A stretch of DNA of 64,000 bases from a virus (taxonomy: Duplodnaviria > Caudoviricetes), in IMG/VR virus record IMGVR_UViG_3300029288_000114, positions 33,019 to 97,018 of that record; one strand, given 5' to 3'. The position numbers were made by a program, and so were the translations under genes. Shown piece after piece: positions 20,005 to 30,199 of this stretch (position 1 is its first letter; every line of letters starts with the position of its first letter). The notes beneath the pieces were generated by a model, which made no database searches, was not told the DNA's origin, and was given only the letters and a program-made list of their open reading frames with translations.

Positions 20005-20225
20005 TGTTTCACCTCATGGTTTTTGATATGTATTAATGTGGCAATATCAATGACAAGATAGAAAATGCTACGGGCGAAAAATGGCACCTGTGCCGTTACG
20101 CCGAAATACACAATAGACAAGATTGTAGTAGCGGCGAATATAATCATCGCGTACTTGCGCGCTTTTATATTAACCACCCACCCAATTATTGCGCCAATAT
20201 TGATAATCCAACTAAGAATGTCCAT
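20001..20225 (-). CDS. small membrane protein
   Basis: Three hydrophobic segments. Confidence 0.55.
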   Translation of the reverse strand: MDILSWIINIGAIIGWVVNIKARKYAMIIFAATTILSIVYFGVTAQVPFFARSIFYLVIDIATLIHIKNHEVKQ

Positions 20226-20234
20226 GTATGTGCC

Positions 20235-20531
20235 CTAGAATGAAATATCGTCCAGATCATCTTCTGGTACTGGCTCGTTGGGATCATACGGGCGACAGGT
20301 AATCGCCCACACGACTTTGCCACTGCCATTACAAACTTCGCACGTTCGCCCCTCTCCCAATTGCCGGTCAAGTATGTCACCACGACCGCCGCAAGACGGG
20401 CACTCTTGTACACACTTGCCCTTAGCAATCTCTACCACCAATTCGAGGAACTTGGACAAGAAGCCGATGTCGTGGATATACGACTCTGCCGATCTCGCTA
20501 CCACATATTCATCAATGTAATCGTCATCCAT
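20235..20531 (-). CDS. DnaJ-type zinc-finger protein
   Basis: CPSCGGRG and CEVCNGSG repeats. Confidence 0.65.
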   Translation of the reverse strand: MDDDYIDEYVVARSAESYIHDIGFLSKFLELVVEIAKGKCVQECPSCGGRGDILDRQLGEGRTCEVCNGSGKVVWAITCRPYDPNEPVPEDDLDDISF

Positions 20532-20621
20532 TTGTTTTCTCCTTGCTGTGAATTGTTTTCAATATACCACCAATTCGCCGTATTGCAAATGACATTGATT
20601 GCACATTAGCCGTGATAGATG

Positions 20622-21488
20622 TTACTTGATTGCCCCAGCCGCTCGCAACACATCAATCTTGTTGGCGATGGTTGTGCGTGAGTAGCCAGTGATTTCTGCA
20701 AGCTGACTGTTGCTGGCGTCTGGATGCGTACGGATTGCATCGTACACGGCTTTGGTGACATCATCTTTCAATAGATTGTCCAGGACTTTCTTCTGTTGTG
20801 CGTCAGCCAACTCTTGCTTTATTCTGGCGCGCTCTGCTTTCTCATCGAACGCAGCCTGCGCGGGTTTACTTTTCTCGGCTTCCATTCGGTTGCGCTCTTG
20901 TGTCTCCCAGTTGTGCGCACCGTCATTCCACTTTGTCCAGCGTTCCTCGAATGAGGCGTTGTAGAAACCGAACTCCATTAACCCGGCATAGAAATCAATA
21001 CCGCTACACAGAATAAGAACAAGAGCGCCATACTCGCGCACAAAGCCCACCCATTGCGCCGACAGACTTGTAAGAGACACGTACACCACAAATAGGTTTC
21101 CCAAGGTCGCAATGAGAGATATAAAAATCCCCGCCCAATCCATTGCGTTAGCCTCGCTGGACTCCGTGTTAAACCACAGAACCTTTCTTTTATTGCCAGT
21201 TTTAATGCGATGTTTGCGAAACACCTCCGCCGCCGCCGCAATTGTGGACGCCTCCCCACCAAGCACCATGAAAGCAGAACCCCACTCGTGACCGTTCTTC
21301 GCCGCCAGCCCCGGAACGAACGCATTGTGCGCATACACTATCACTCCAATAGTGTACACAATCGCCGGCAACAACAACGCCCACCACGAGAAACCAAGGC
21401 GTTTCGGTTCGGGCTTCCAGTATGGTCTAATGTCCGTTGTGTTCGATGGCATACTCTGCCGCCCAGTCGTAGATATTTTCGTAGTCAT
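20622..21488 (-). CDS. multi-TM membrane protein with coiled coil and C-terminal HTH
   Basis: About four TMs; HPDASNSQLAEITGYSRTTIANKI. Confidence 0.7.
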   Translation of the reverse strand: MTTKISTTGRQSMPSNTTDIRPYWKPEPKRLGFSWWALLLPAIVYTIGVIVYAHNAFVPGLAAKNGHEWGSAFMVLGGEASTIAAAAEVFRKHRIKTGNKRKVLWFNTESSEANAMDWAGIFISLIATLGNLFVVYVSLTSLSAQWVGFVREYGALVLILCSGIDFYAGLMEFGFYNASFEERWTKWNDGAHNWETQERNRMEAEKSKPAQAAFDEKAERARIKQELADAQQKKVLDNLLKDDVTKAVYDAIRTHPDASNSQLAEITGYSRTTIANKIDVLRAAGAIK

Positions 21489-21623
21489 CAGCGCCTTCCT
21501 CTGCGTTGAAGTAAGAAGCCGCGTCCTCCGCCAAGAGCGTTGCGCTCATCTCGCCCGTTTGTGGATCGATATGGTATTTTGCCATCTCGCGGAAATATTT
21601 CAATACGTCTTTCTTGGCAATCA

Positions 21624-21983
21624 TTATTTTCTCCCGAAATGGATTCCGTTGATTTGAATATTATCTCCGATAGCGCCGATCTGCGCACCGACCAGAACTC
21701 CGTCAACCCTATCTGCGGTCATATTGATCTGGCAATTGACTTTCTGCCCGTCCTGCTGAAAGGCTACGACATTATTGCCACCAACCACGTTGCCGTCTCC
21801 AACAATAACGGTATCCCCGCCGCCTGCTTGCATCTCGTCGCCAGGAAGATACTCAGTCCCGCAATACGGGCATTTGATAGATTGCCGTGCCCGTACAATG
21901 GCGATGCCGTCCGAGACAAACGCCTTGCTATCGTCAGTAATCTCCAGCTTGCCGTGACATTGCGTACAAATTAAAGCGATCAT
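21624..21983 (-). CDS. zinc-ribbon protein with Gly-rich tail
   Basis: CTQC and CPYC; GDGNVVGGNN repeats. Confidence 0.6.
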   Translation of the reverse strand: MIALICTQCHGKLEITDDSKAFVSDGIAIVRARQSIKCPYCGTEYLPGDEMQAGGGDTVIVGDGNVVGGNNVVAFQQDGQKVNCQINMTADRVDGVLVGAQIGAIGDNIQINGIHFGRK

Positions 21984-21993
21984 TATTTTCTCC

Positions 21994-22395
21994 TTAATAT
22001 GGTTCGTGAAGACTAAACACAACTCTTTCTACCTTAATGCCATAACCTACCGTATCCCAAGCTAACGCGCTGCCCCAATCAATCTCTCCGACAATACCGC
22101 CGTTAATCATCCAGTTTATTGTCTGCGCGTCCCCGGCGCAATCAATCACCAGGAAAGAACGCACATCATCCGTCTTCACATTACGCAGCCACCACACTTC
22201 CCCGATATGTTCGCACTCCAAGACCGCGAGATAGCCGTCCGTCTCTGGTAATTCTTGCGGCAACGTCATCGAGACTCGTGGCGGATCGGTTTGTTGCCTC
22301 ACGGCTATAGTACGCTCCGCAACCCCGCCGCCGTATTGAGATGCAGTGCCAGACACCAGAACGATAACAATCAGGGCCGCTCTTACTAACGGCAT
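21994..22395 (-). CDS. secreted RlpA/DPBB-like protein
   Basis: Signal anchor then GTASQY, LVIDC, GEID pattern. Confidence 0.45.
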   Translation of the reverse strand: MPLVRAALIVIVLVSGTASQYGGGVAERTIAVRQQTDPPRVSMTLPQELPETDGYLAVLECEHIGEVWWLRNVKTDDVRSFLVIDCAGDAQTINWMINGGIVGEIDWGSALAWDTVGYGIKVERVVFSLHEPY

Positions 22396-22628
22396 GTGTA
22401 CTCCACTATTTGCCGACACACAGCCGCGTCAGCGCCGATCTTTATGCAGCCCATCCAAGCCCGCACGTCGCAGGATAGGTATGCGGCAACTCCGATTGCA
22501 ATGAGCACAAGTATCAAGATGGCAACAACTTTCCACATAACAGTTTCTCCTTTGTTTGTGATAGGTCTATCTTATCACGAATCATCCGCGACGACAGTGA
22601 TGAATGTAATAACGAGCCGCGCAGAGTG

Positions 22629-23018
22629 TCACATTCCGCGCACGATATATTTGATCGCTCGCGAGATTCGTTCCCTGACAGTCTTGCGGGGCGAAGGTGT
22701 CCACTCATAAGCAATCTCTTGCGGGGCGAAGATGTAGTCCGTGACACCTACATGATGAATGTGCAGTGTTAGCGTGAGATATTGCCCCGGGCCTGGATAG
22801 TCCTGATCGTACATACTCATATATTTGAATCCGGGTACATTCTCCCACTTCTGCACGATTTCGATGCAGTATGGATGTGTATATGGCTCTGCGGATTCCC
22901 ACATCTCATCAACTAGCGCGCCGAGTATTTGATGCTTAATAGACTGTTCGGCATAGGCGCGTTGCGCTTGGGGTGCGTCGTCCGGGATGAATATGCGCGC
23001 CGAGTATTTATCGTTCAT
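22629..23018 (-). CDS. hypothetical protein
   Basis: Coupled to the methyltransferase stop. Confidence 0.55.
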   Translation of the reverse strand: MNDKYSARIFIPDDAPQAQRAYAEQSIKHQILGALVDEMWESAEPYTHPYCIEIVQKWENVPGFKYMSMYDQDYPGPGQYLTLTLHIHHVGVTDYIFAPQEIAYEWTPSPRKTVRERISRAIKYIVRGM

Positions 23019-24310
23019 CAGAACAACCTCTGGTTTGCAATACGATATTCTGCTTCCGTGACCGTCTCGGCGATCTCGAAATAATCGCCGTCCATCTCTA
23101 CGCCAATAAAGTCGCGCATCTCGCGCGCACAAGCCATCGCAGTCCTACCGCTTCCGACGAATTGATCGAGTACCACGCCGCCGTGAGGCGGCTTCGTCAA
23201 GCGCACCAACCACTGCATAAGTGACAAGGGCTTAACCGTGTTGTGAATGTTACCAATCATCCGCTCGCGTTCCGGCAAGGCGTCGTACTCGTCCTTTGTG
23301 ATCCGCGCGTATCCAGAGCTGGACAACTTATCGCGTCGCCAGTAGAGATGCTGGCAATGCAAATCGCGCTCAGACGGTGACGCTTTAGCCGTATAGAAGA
23401 ATCGTGCCGCACTACCCTCATCTGCATAGACGGTTTCTGGATTGATGACGTTGTTTACAAACTTGCTGTAACACACTCCCGGAGTGTGTTCGCCCACAAA
23501 GCCGCCCGGTTTCACTGCCCCGCTCTTAGTGTGCGGGAATAGAGAGAGAACTTCATCGCTGCCATCGTGGGCTAAATTACAAGGGAAACGGCCCTCGCCA
23601 ACCTCTTTATATGTGCCGTCCCATTCATCGAACTTGCCATAGGCGTTCTTTGTACTTCGCCCGGTCTTCATTGTCCTTGATTCGGCTTCTGTCCTGCATT
23701 CCCCCACGTTAAACCCCGCCAATCCCCATTTCTGTGCATTGCTCACGTAGTTGCCATCCAGCGGCTTCATCGCCACGATAACTGGCTCGAATGACGGCTT
23801 GATGCAAGTATGATAGTCATCGAATCGCTGCGCCAGATCGGTTGCCGGTACGGTGATAGGCAAGTCGCGGCTCTCCGGTTGCCAGTTGTCATCGCGGATT
23901 GTTCCTCTGCCAACTCCGTTGACGCTCATCCCCGCGCCTTTGGCTACGCCAACGACTTCGCGCTGCGCGCCTCTTGCTTTATCAATCGCCTTGCTAATGT
24001 TCATTCCAGCCGGACGACCACTGCCATACACCCACATTATAGTGTCGCGTATCTCCCAACCGGCGTCTTCGATATAGCACGCCATACGATGAAATGTACG
24101 AGCGCCGCCGAACACGAGCATATATGCTCCTGGCTTCGCCACTCGTAAAGCCTGTTCCCAAAATTCTATTCCGGGAACGCCGCGATCCCACCCGCGCCCC
24201 ATAAAATTTATCCCATACGGCGGGTCGGTGATAATAGTGTCAATGCTGTTTTCTGGTAGCATTGGCAACACATTGCGATTGTCGTCTCGGTACAATTTGT
24301 AGTTAGGCAT
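23018..24310 (-). CDS. DNA methyltransferase (N6-A/N4-C, beta class)
   Basis: IITDPPY, HNTVKP, VLDQFVGSG. Confidence 0.9.
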   Translation of the reverse strand: MPNYKLYRDDNRNVLPMLPENSIDTIITDPPYGINFMGRGWDRGVPGIEFWEQALRVAKPGAYMLVFGGARTFHRMACYIEDAGWEIRDTIMWVYGSGRPAGMNISKAIDKARGAQREVVGVAKGAGMSVNGVGRGTIRDDNWQPESRDLPITVPATDLAQRFDDYHTCIKPSFEPVIVAMKPLDGNYVSNAQKWGLAGFNVGECRTEAESRTMKTGRSTKNAYGKFDEWDGTYKEVGEGRFPCNLAHDGSDEVLSLFPHTKSGAVKPGGFVGEHTPGVCYSKFVNNVINPETVYADEGSAARFFYTAKASPSERDLHCQHLYWRRDKLSSSGYARITKDEYDALPERERMIGNIHNTVKPLSLMQWLVRLTKPPHGGVVLDQFVGSGRTAMACAREMRDFIGVEMDGDYFEIAETVTEAEYRIANQRLF

Positions 24311-24621
24311 CAGTATATCCCCATATTCATTAACGGTCTCTCATCATTTACTCGCCTCGTACTGTTGCTTGTAATACTCAAAGTCATTCGGATCAGCAAA
24401 CTTGGTGCATTCAATACACCAATCTTTAGTCATTTGCAAGCAGCACGTTGTAACCTTTGGGCGCAAATCGTCGATCTTTTGATCCGCCGAGATCGCCCAG
24501 GTCACGAGCGTAACGGCAATGGTAAGTCCGATCAACAGCGCAATACACCCGGAACCCCTACGAGGTGGAATTACACGGCCAGTGAATGTCATTTGCGTTC
24601 TCCTTGTTAAAATATGCGCTT

Positions 24622-24663
24622 AGTATATCCGATTCTGCCGTGAAGCAAAGCGACAAACATCAC
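24622..24663 (-). promoter_or_regulatory. activator-dependent promoter
   Basis: GTGATGTTTGTCGC-N22-TATACT. Confidence 0.55.
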
Positions 24664-24885
24664 GCGGTTTCTTGCAATGCGTCACTTTCGTCAAGGACAA
24701 ACTTAAAACGTCGGGTAACAAACTCGACTGTCTCTTCGTCCATCAGCATGTTCGCTCGCGCGATCAAAAGTTTACCTGGGCGTATGTCTATTACTATCTC
24801 TATCCCACTACATTTGTTGGGGTCAACGCCAATCTTCCTGGCAAGTTCTGCAACAATCGCGTCGTCTCCGGTAATGAATGTCATC

Positions 24886-25248
24886 TTAAATCTCCATCAG
24901 GCTTTCTTTCCACGGCACATTGGCGAACCGATCTTCCAAGAACGGGATAGGAGCAGCACGACAGTCGCCCCCCCAATAGTTAAGCCCCTTGGGCGATGGT
25001 TTGTCTGTATACGCCCACACATCGCCAGTCGCATCTCTAGCAATCCATTGCGCGCCAGGGGCAACAACCTTGATAGCAGCGGCTTCCTCTGCAGTGACTA
25101 TCGGATTAACATCAATCACCTTGAATCCGGCGAACTCGGCCAGTTTAACAACTTCAACACGAGACAACACTCCGCAAATCCCCGTCACGGAGCATCCCGC
25201 CAACACCCCACGGATCGTAAGCGTCAGAGTATCGTACTTCGAGTACAT
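24886..25248 (-). CDS. phage hypothetical protein
   Basis: AQWIARDATG.VWAY..KP....W....WKESL pattern. Confidence 0.55.
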   Translation of the reverse strand: MYSKYDTLTLTIRGVLAGCSVTGICGVLSRVEVVKLAEFAGFKVIDVNPIVTAEEAAAIKVVAPGAQWIARDATGDVWAYTDKPSPKGLNYWGGDCRAAPIPFLEDRFANVPWKESLMEI

Positions 25249-25392
25249 ATCTCTGCCACCCGTTCCCTTCTAGCCACGCGAAGAATTGCTTGCGCAGTTC
25301 GGCGATCTCTTTGTGGATTATGCGCTTCTCTTCTTCTAATCTACGCAACAGTTCCAGTTTGTCTTCCGGTGCTTTGTAGTACATTGTTCACC

Positions 25393-26295
25393 TCACAGAT
25401 ATTTGTTTCTAGCAAGCACGTCTACAATCTCGGAAATCACTTCGTCGCCACGAGATTGAATCGTCACGGCATCTGCAAGAGAACCGTAATGTTCTTCCAG
25501 GCAGTCCAACAGCAACCGCTTGATCTTACCTTCGTCCGGCGCATACGGCAATGGCGACGAATTATAAAGCGGTTGCAACAGCATCTCTTTCTGTGTAAAC
25601 CAATCGCGCACCTGTTGTTCTGTCCATTCGCCGTTACGGATTGACTTGAGCATATCTGCATTGCGGCGTAAGTCCAACGTGCCCTCGGTCAATATCTGCT
25701 CGCACTCTAGCACGGCCCGAATAGCATGCATCGCAAATTTGCAATCGTATCCGTACTCCTGTATCATCACCCATCTTTTACTATCTTCGGTTTTTTGTTT
25801 CATCTTGCTAATTTGGCTAAATGCAAAACCGCGATAGCGATGATATACATTCTTACTCAAAAAGACGCCGCGATTGTCACGTACGGCTTGTCCGATCTTG
25901 GTAATGTGCAATACGCAGTCATGTGGAGTATACAGAGAATTTAGCATATTCGGATTTCCGTCCATTGTCAAACTAAAATACTTTACAATAGAGTAGATCG
26001 TCAGGTCATACTCTCGCCCGCGCCCATCAACCGCATCCGCGTCTACGATATGGTGTTGCTGATATTGCTCAAACCGATTCTTTTGCCGCCCGAACCCCAG
26101 TATCTCACCACGCAAATGCGGGAACACATCCTCTTTGGGCGGGATCGCAAAGCCGAGTACGTCGAAGTCTGACGTGTCGCTGCTTGCTCCATACGAAATG
26201 CTACCCATTATTGTCTCGTAATGGATATTATCCGGCAACCATTTTGGCGGAGTAATCAATCCGCGTTGATTCAGCTTGTATACTGTAGAAGCCAT
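25393..26295 (-). CDS. predicted nucleotidyltransferase (YcgL/PF10127-like)
   Basis: GSISYG....SDFD, GNPN, YDCKFAMHAIR, IRNGEW, LPYAPD. Confidence 0.85.
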   Translation of the reverse strand: MASTVYKLNQRGLITPPKWLPDNIHYETIMGSISYGASSDTSDFDVLGFAIPPKEDVFPHLRGEILGFGRQKNRFEQYQQHHIVDADAVDGRGREYDLTIYSIVKYFSLTMDGNPNMLNSLYTPHDCVLHITKIGQAVRDNRGVFLSKNVYHRYRGFAFSQISKMKQKTEDSKRWVMIQEYGYDCKFAMHAIRAVLECEQILTEGTLDLRRNADMLKSIRNGEWTEQQVRDWFTQKEMLLQPLYNSSPLPYAPDEGKIKRLLLDCLEEHYGSLADAVTIQSRGDEVISEIVDVLARNKYL

Positions 26296-26515
26296 TTTAG
26301 TCCCCTTGTATAAATTCAGGTAATCGCCCCTGTCTCAAATAGAACTCGCGCAATATCAATAGCCGCTCATTCAATAACAGACAATCCCCCAACTTGCGCG
26401 CCGCCGCATAAAGCTCTGGTATCTCTATCCCCGTAATGGCAACCAGCTCAGCCGTGATACTCGCGGTCGCGGCGTATTCCCTTTGTAAGTCATCGGCGAA
26501 TTGACTGAGCATCGC

Positions 26516-26794
26516 TTATTCACTCGCCTTGCTAGAATATAGCAGCGCCTTAACCAACCCAATGCGTGCCTCAATCGCTTTCACGGAAAGGGCTGTGGAT
26601 TCCATGATGCCCTTGCGCCCTCCTGCCTCGGCGAACTCTTGGGCAGCCCGCAGCTCGGCGTTCTTGCCGTCAATCTTCCCTGAAAGGTAGGCGTTCGCCA
26701 GGGCGTCTTCATAGTCGCGGCGTGCATTAAAGTTATGTACCAGAACCAAAGCGTACTCTTCTAATAGTTTTTCGATCTCATCGCGGGTATACAT
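26516..26794 (-). CDS. hypothetical protein
   Basis: GKNAELRAAQ, phage-like. Confidence 0.55.
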   Translation of the reverse strand: MYTRDEIEKLLEEYALVLVHNFNARRDYEDALANAYLSGKIDGKNAELRAAQEFAEAGGRKGIMESTALSVKAIEARIGLVKALLYSSKASE

Positions 26795-26795
26795 G

Positions 26796-27317
26796 CTATG
26801 CTCCTGTCAGCGTTTCAATCACAATGTCTCGCGGCAAGAAGTCTGAACAATAATAGCCGCTACTAAATGTGGTCTTCTTACTCACCACCCCGTCACGGAT
26901 AAAATGAATGCGCTTATCAAACATCAGTAGTTGCATCTGCCGTCCGGCGTCCTTAAATACCCACTTGCTGTACTTATCATTCAGCCATGCTAGTGACATT
27001 AACAGAGCAACAGGCTTGCCGAAACTCAGGGCGCGCTCAAATATCTTGCGCTTGTTACTAAATGGCGGGTTGCTGATAATGCAGTCGTAGTCAAAGGGCG
27101 GCTCGTAGTTATAGAAGTCGTGTCCGGTGGAGATGTGCGAGAACGTAACCGCTACATTATGCTCGCTAAGAACGCGCACAAATGCGCTATCCGGTGTATC
27201 AAACGGACACCACACTATCCAGCGCGGCTTGATGTATTTTAACAGTGGTTCAACCGCGTAATCAGGAGTGTAGCACTCGTCATAAGAGTTGCCGTAAAGA
27301 ATCTTTTGGCTATCCAT
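26796..27317 (-). CDS. putative N6-adenine DNA methyltransferase
   Basis: DECYTP, WCPFD, IISNPPFS. Confidence 0.75.
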   Translation of the reverse strand: MDSQKILYGNSYDECYTPDYAVEPLLKYIKPRWIVWCPFDTPDSAFVRVLSEHNVAVTFSHISTGHDFYNYEPPFDYDCIISNPPFSNKRKIFERALSFGKPVALLMSLAWLNDKYSKWVFKDAGRQMQLLMFDKRIHFIRDGVVSKKTTFSSGYYCSDFLPRDIVIETLTGA

Positions 27318-27345
27318 TGCGTCTCCTTACTGAATGTTGATCCTA

Positions 27346-27417
27346 TTCCCGCGAGTGAACTCGAACCCCTAACCCGCACCTTATAGAGTGCCGCTCTAAC
27401 CGTTGAGCTACACGGGA
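27346..27417 (-). tRNA. tRNA-like gene with aberrant anticodon loop (Ile-TAT-like, possibly pseudo)
   Basis: Acceptor TCCCGTG/CGCGGGA; D arm GCTC-AACGGTTA-GAGC; T loop TTCGAGT; anticodon arm GCACT-CTATAA-GGTGC (6-nt loop); extended -10 TGCTATAAT upstream. Confidence 0.7.
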
Positions 27418-27441
27418 TTATTCTTGCATTATAGCACATTT

Positions 27442-28242
27442 CTAGCTCTTGCAAAATGACGCCTGCATCACGCCAAGTTCTGCATAAAGTTCGTCAAGTT
27501 TGGCGCGGACGCGCTCAATCTCTTTACGCTTTTCTGCACGCGCAGATTCGTGGATCGCTTCTTCATATCCATCCGGCAATGCGCTTTCCAGATTGTATTT
27601 CCGAGCAATTTCCAGCACGCCAACTTTAGCGCCTTCGCTCGCCGCCTGCCGTAGCTTGTCAGCCATTACGGCGAGGGCTTGCTCGTAAGAAGAACACAGC
27701 GTGACCCCTTCTTCGTCAAGATACGCGCCGTACTTTTTCATACTTCCAAACACGCGCCAGGTTAATTCCCCATCCCGACAACGTATAAGGTCTGCGGTCA
27801 TAATGTAGTGCCTGTCGCTGCGATACGAATCTTGCATCTGCGTGGCGAGTTCCGCAATATCACAAATGTCTCCCCGTCCATACCGCCACTCGACGAAGTG
27901 CGTGATTCCGCCATTGAAAATTTCGGATAGGTTAAATAGCGCGTCGTCCTGACCGGCCAGCCGCTTGATTTCATCCTGCCGTTCATGTTGAGCGTGCAAC
28001 AAGGCGGAACGTTCCTCGTAAACCTGTTGAGTTAGCACGGCGATTTCTTTATTCAGCCGGGCGACTTCCGCGTTCAGGCGTGTCGTAGGCGGATTATCGA
28101 AAACACGATCAGTGGTGAAGATTTGCCCATACCCCTCATAGACTTCATCGCCGTAAGTCGCCTCTACAATCTCCTGCACGACCAACGGATTCTCAGAAAG
28201 CACTTTCACTTCTCTGCCGTCTAAAACGTATTGCCTTTTCAT
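27442..28242 (-). CDS. hypothetical coiled-coil phage protein
   Basis: AAGGAG RBS, first gene of the leftward block. Confidence 0.75.
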   Translation of the reverse strand: MKRQYVLDGREVKVLSENPLVVQEIVEATYGDEVYEGYGQIFTTDRVFDNPPTTRLNAEVARLNKEIAVLTQQVYEERSALLHAQHERQDEIKRLAGQDDALFNLSEIFNGGITHFVEWRYGRGDICDIAELATQMQDSYRSDRHYIMTADLIRCRDGELTWRVFGSMKKYGAYLDEEGVTLCSSYEQALAVMADKLRQAASEGAKVGVLEIARKYNLESALPDGYEEAIHESARAEKRKEIERVRAKLDELYAELGVMQASFCKS

Positions 28243-28273
28243 AGCTCTCCTTTCATAAATGTGTTCGATGCTA

Positions 28274-28315
28274 ATTGTAACATAAGATCGTCTGGTGTAA
28301 AATGACGTTTGTCAT
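28274..28315 (-). promoter_or_regulatory. activator-dependent promoter of the leftward block
   Basis: ATGACAAACGTCAT-N22-TACAAT with extended TG. Confidence 0.55.
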
Positions 28316-28876
28316 CCGTTTAGCCGTCGTTTGTCCGTTTCCCCTCTTTTGGATAGGTGTCTTTTCGTCTTTTAGTGCATATTCCTCTATATAGAAGATA
28401 CTAGAACCCGCGAGACGAACAATCGCACGCGCTCTGTTGAACTTGACTGCGTGGCGGTTTGTGTCAAGTAACATTTTGGGATTGTGCATGATTTTTGGGG
28501 ACGGTTCGTGTGTGCGGCTGCGCGCGTTTCACTTTGCATGTGGTGGGGAGGTATACTGGTACATTTAAACTTCCGACTATATACATTATGTAAAGTACAA
28601 TCTACCGCACGCGCAACAAAACAAAGCATACCGCCGCACCATTGCAATAATATTGCGCAAATTTGCGATCATGCGCTTTTAGTTGTCAGACAACTGACAA
28701 CTGGCATGGGCGACAGATTATTAATGCTGCGTCAGCATAGTTGTACCATATAAATTGCATTGCACACTTTTATATACTACGCCACCCAATTTTACAATGC
28801 CTACACAAAACTATAATGCACACAATATCCATTGCCACCATTGCGCCACATGCAACAAAAGCTATACACTGGTATT

Positions 28877-29053
28877 GCACGTAATACACTTACAGCATAG
28901 CGGCATTACAGCATACTACACTTACAGCATAGCATACTTACAATGCAATCATAGCATGGCTATAGTTACAGTGTAGCACGTAATACACTTACAATGGCAC
29001 AACACTTACAATGGCATGGCCATAGTGCAATACTTACATGTAATACACTTACA
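28877..29053. repeat. cluster of ACTTACA / GTAATACACTTACA direct repeats
   Basis: ACTTACA at 28888, 28920, 28936, 28987, 29004, 29032, 29047. Confidence 0.75.
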
Positions 29054-29086
29054 AGCGAGTTATGGTCATGCCCGTTAGGGCGTTAT

Positions 29087-29352
29087 AGCACAAATGTTCT
29101 AATCTATTCGCTGCTTGCGGTCTTTCCATTATATGCACAATGTCAAGCGATTGTAATTATAGCACAAGTGTTCTAATTCACTTGTGTTTGTGAGTATCCT
29201 TCATTATAAGCACAAAAGACAAGTACAATCCTTATCTTAAGACTATTTGCAATAAAACAATGCACAAAAGTTCTTTTTTGCCACAATCCCCACCCAGACC
29301 GTATTTTAGGGTTATTTTTGATACTTTTCTCCCACATTTTAACATTTGTTCT
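29087..29352. promoter_or_regulatory. four LexA-like (GAAC-N4-GTTC type) boxes
   Basis: AGCACAAATGTTCT 29087, AGCACAAGTGTTCT 29161, TGCACAAAAGTTCT 29261, TTAACATTTGTTCT 29339. Confidence 0.45.
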
Positions 29353-30199
29353 ATTCAACAAATTATGCATGTACGAATGTTTCTGCAATTTCGAGCATAA
29401 CGCCCCATTTTACCCTATAAAACAGTAGTTAAAAAGATGCTTTTCTCCCACCGGGAAAATTTTAGACATGACTTATTATTTGCTTGAGCAATCTTAAGAA
29501 TTGCAATCCCCATTGCAAAAAAGTACAAATTGCAATAGTCGCGGCTATGCTCTCACAGCTAAAATGCAATAGAATCTTGCAAAAGTGCGCAATTTATAGG
29601 CATTGCTACACTGGCAGAATTGCAAAAACAAAAAGTTTGGCCATCTTCTTTAATTGCGTGGGAGAGAAAAGTCGAGTATACTGTGTTTGTACGTGGGCAA
29701 GGCAAGCAAGGCAAGCCAAGCCAGCACTTTTAACCAGACTAGTGACATTAAAGATTGTACGCGGGAAGTCACTACCGCCGACCCGCTACCCAAGTGCGGC
29801 AGCACTTTACCAGTTTAGTCGGAGTATAGGCAAGGGCGCAGGAAACATTTATAGGGCGCAATTTTAGAAGGGTATGATCAAAACCACGGGCCCGGCGACG
29901 TGCGGAATACTTCACCTAACCTGCCTATTAATAATCTGATTAAACTTGAAACTAGTAAAGTGCGACGTTAACAATTTTATCCCTATAGTATACCATCCCC
30001 CCGAATTCACCTTCCAGCTATCAAATAGAATGGGCGTGATAATAGACATGGGATATGCTACTATAGGATACTCAAACTATCGCGCAAGCGATAGACTCGA
30101 ATTATAAACTTGTAAAATAATTTTATAGTTTGAGTGTATCACTTGCTCAATGGCAAGTGTAAAATTTTAATCACTATTCACAGTATATGGAGGTTTGAA

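Noticed and set aside
24586-25644. 352-aa + strand ORF
   Set aside because: Antisense shadow of several RBS-bearing minus-strand genes; no motifs
27375-27392. Amber (CTA) suppressor tRNA and alternative genetic code
   Set aside because: CTA cannot be centred in a paired 7-nt loop, and TAG acts as a normal stop in several genes (e.g. nrdJ, ssb, dnaB)
28271-29867. Short ORFs in the AT-rich divergence region
   Set aside because: No RBS and low-complexity His/Thr/Cys-rich translations derived from repeats
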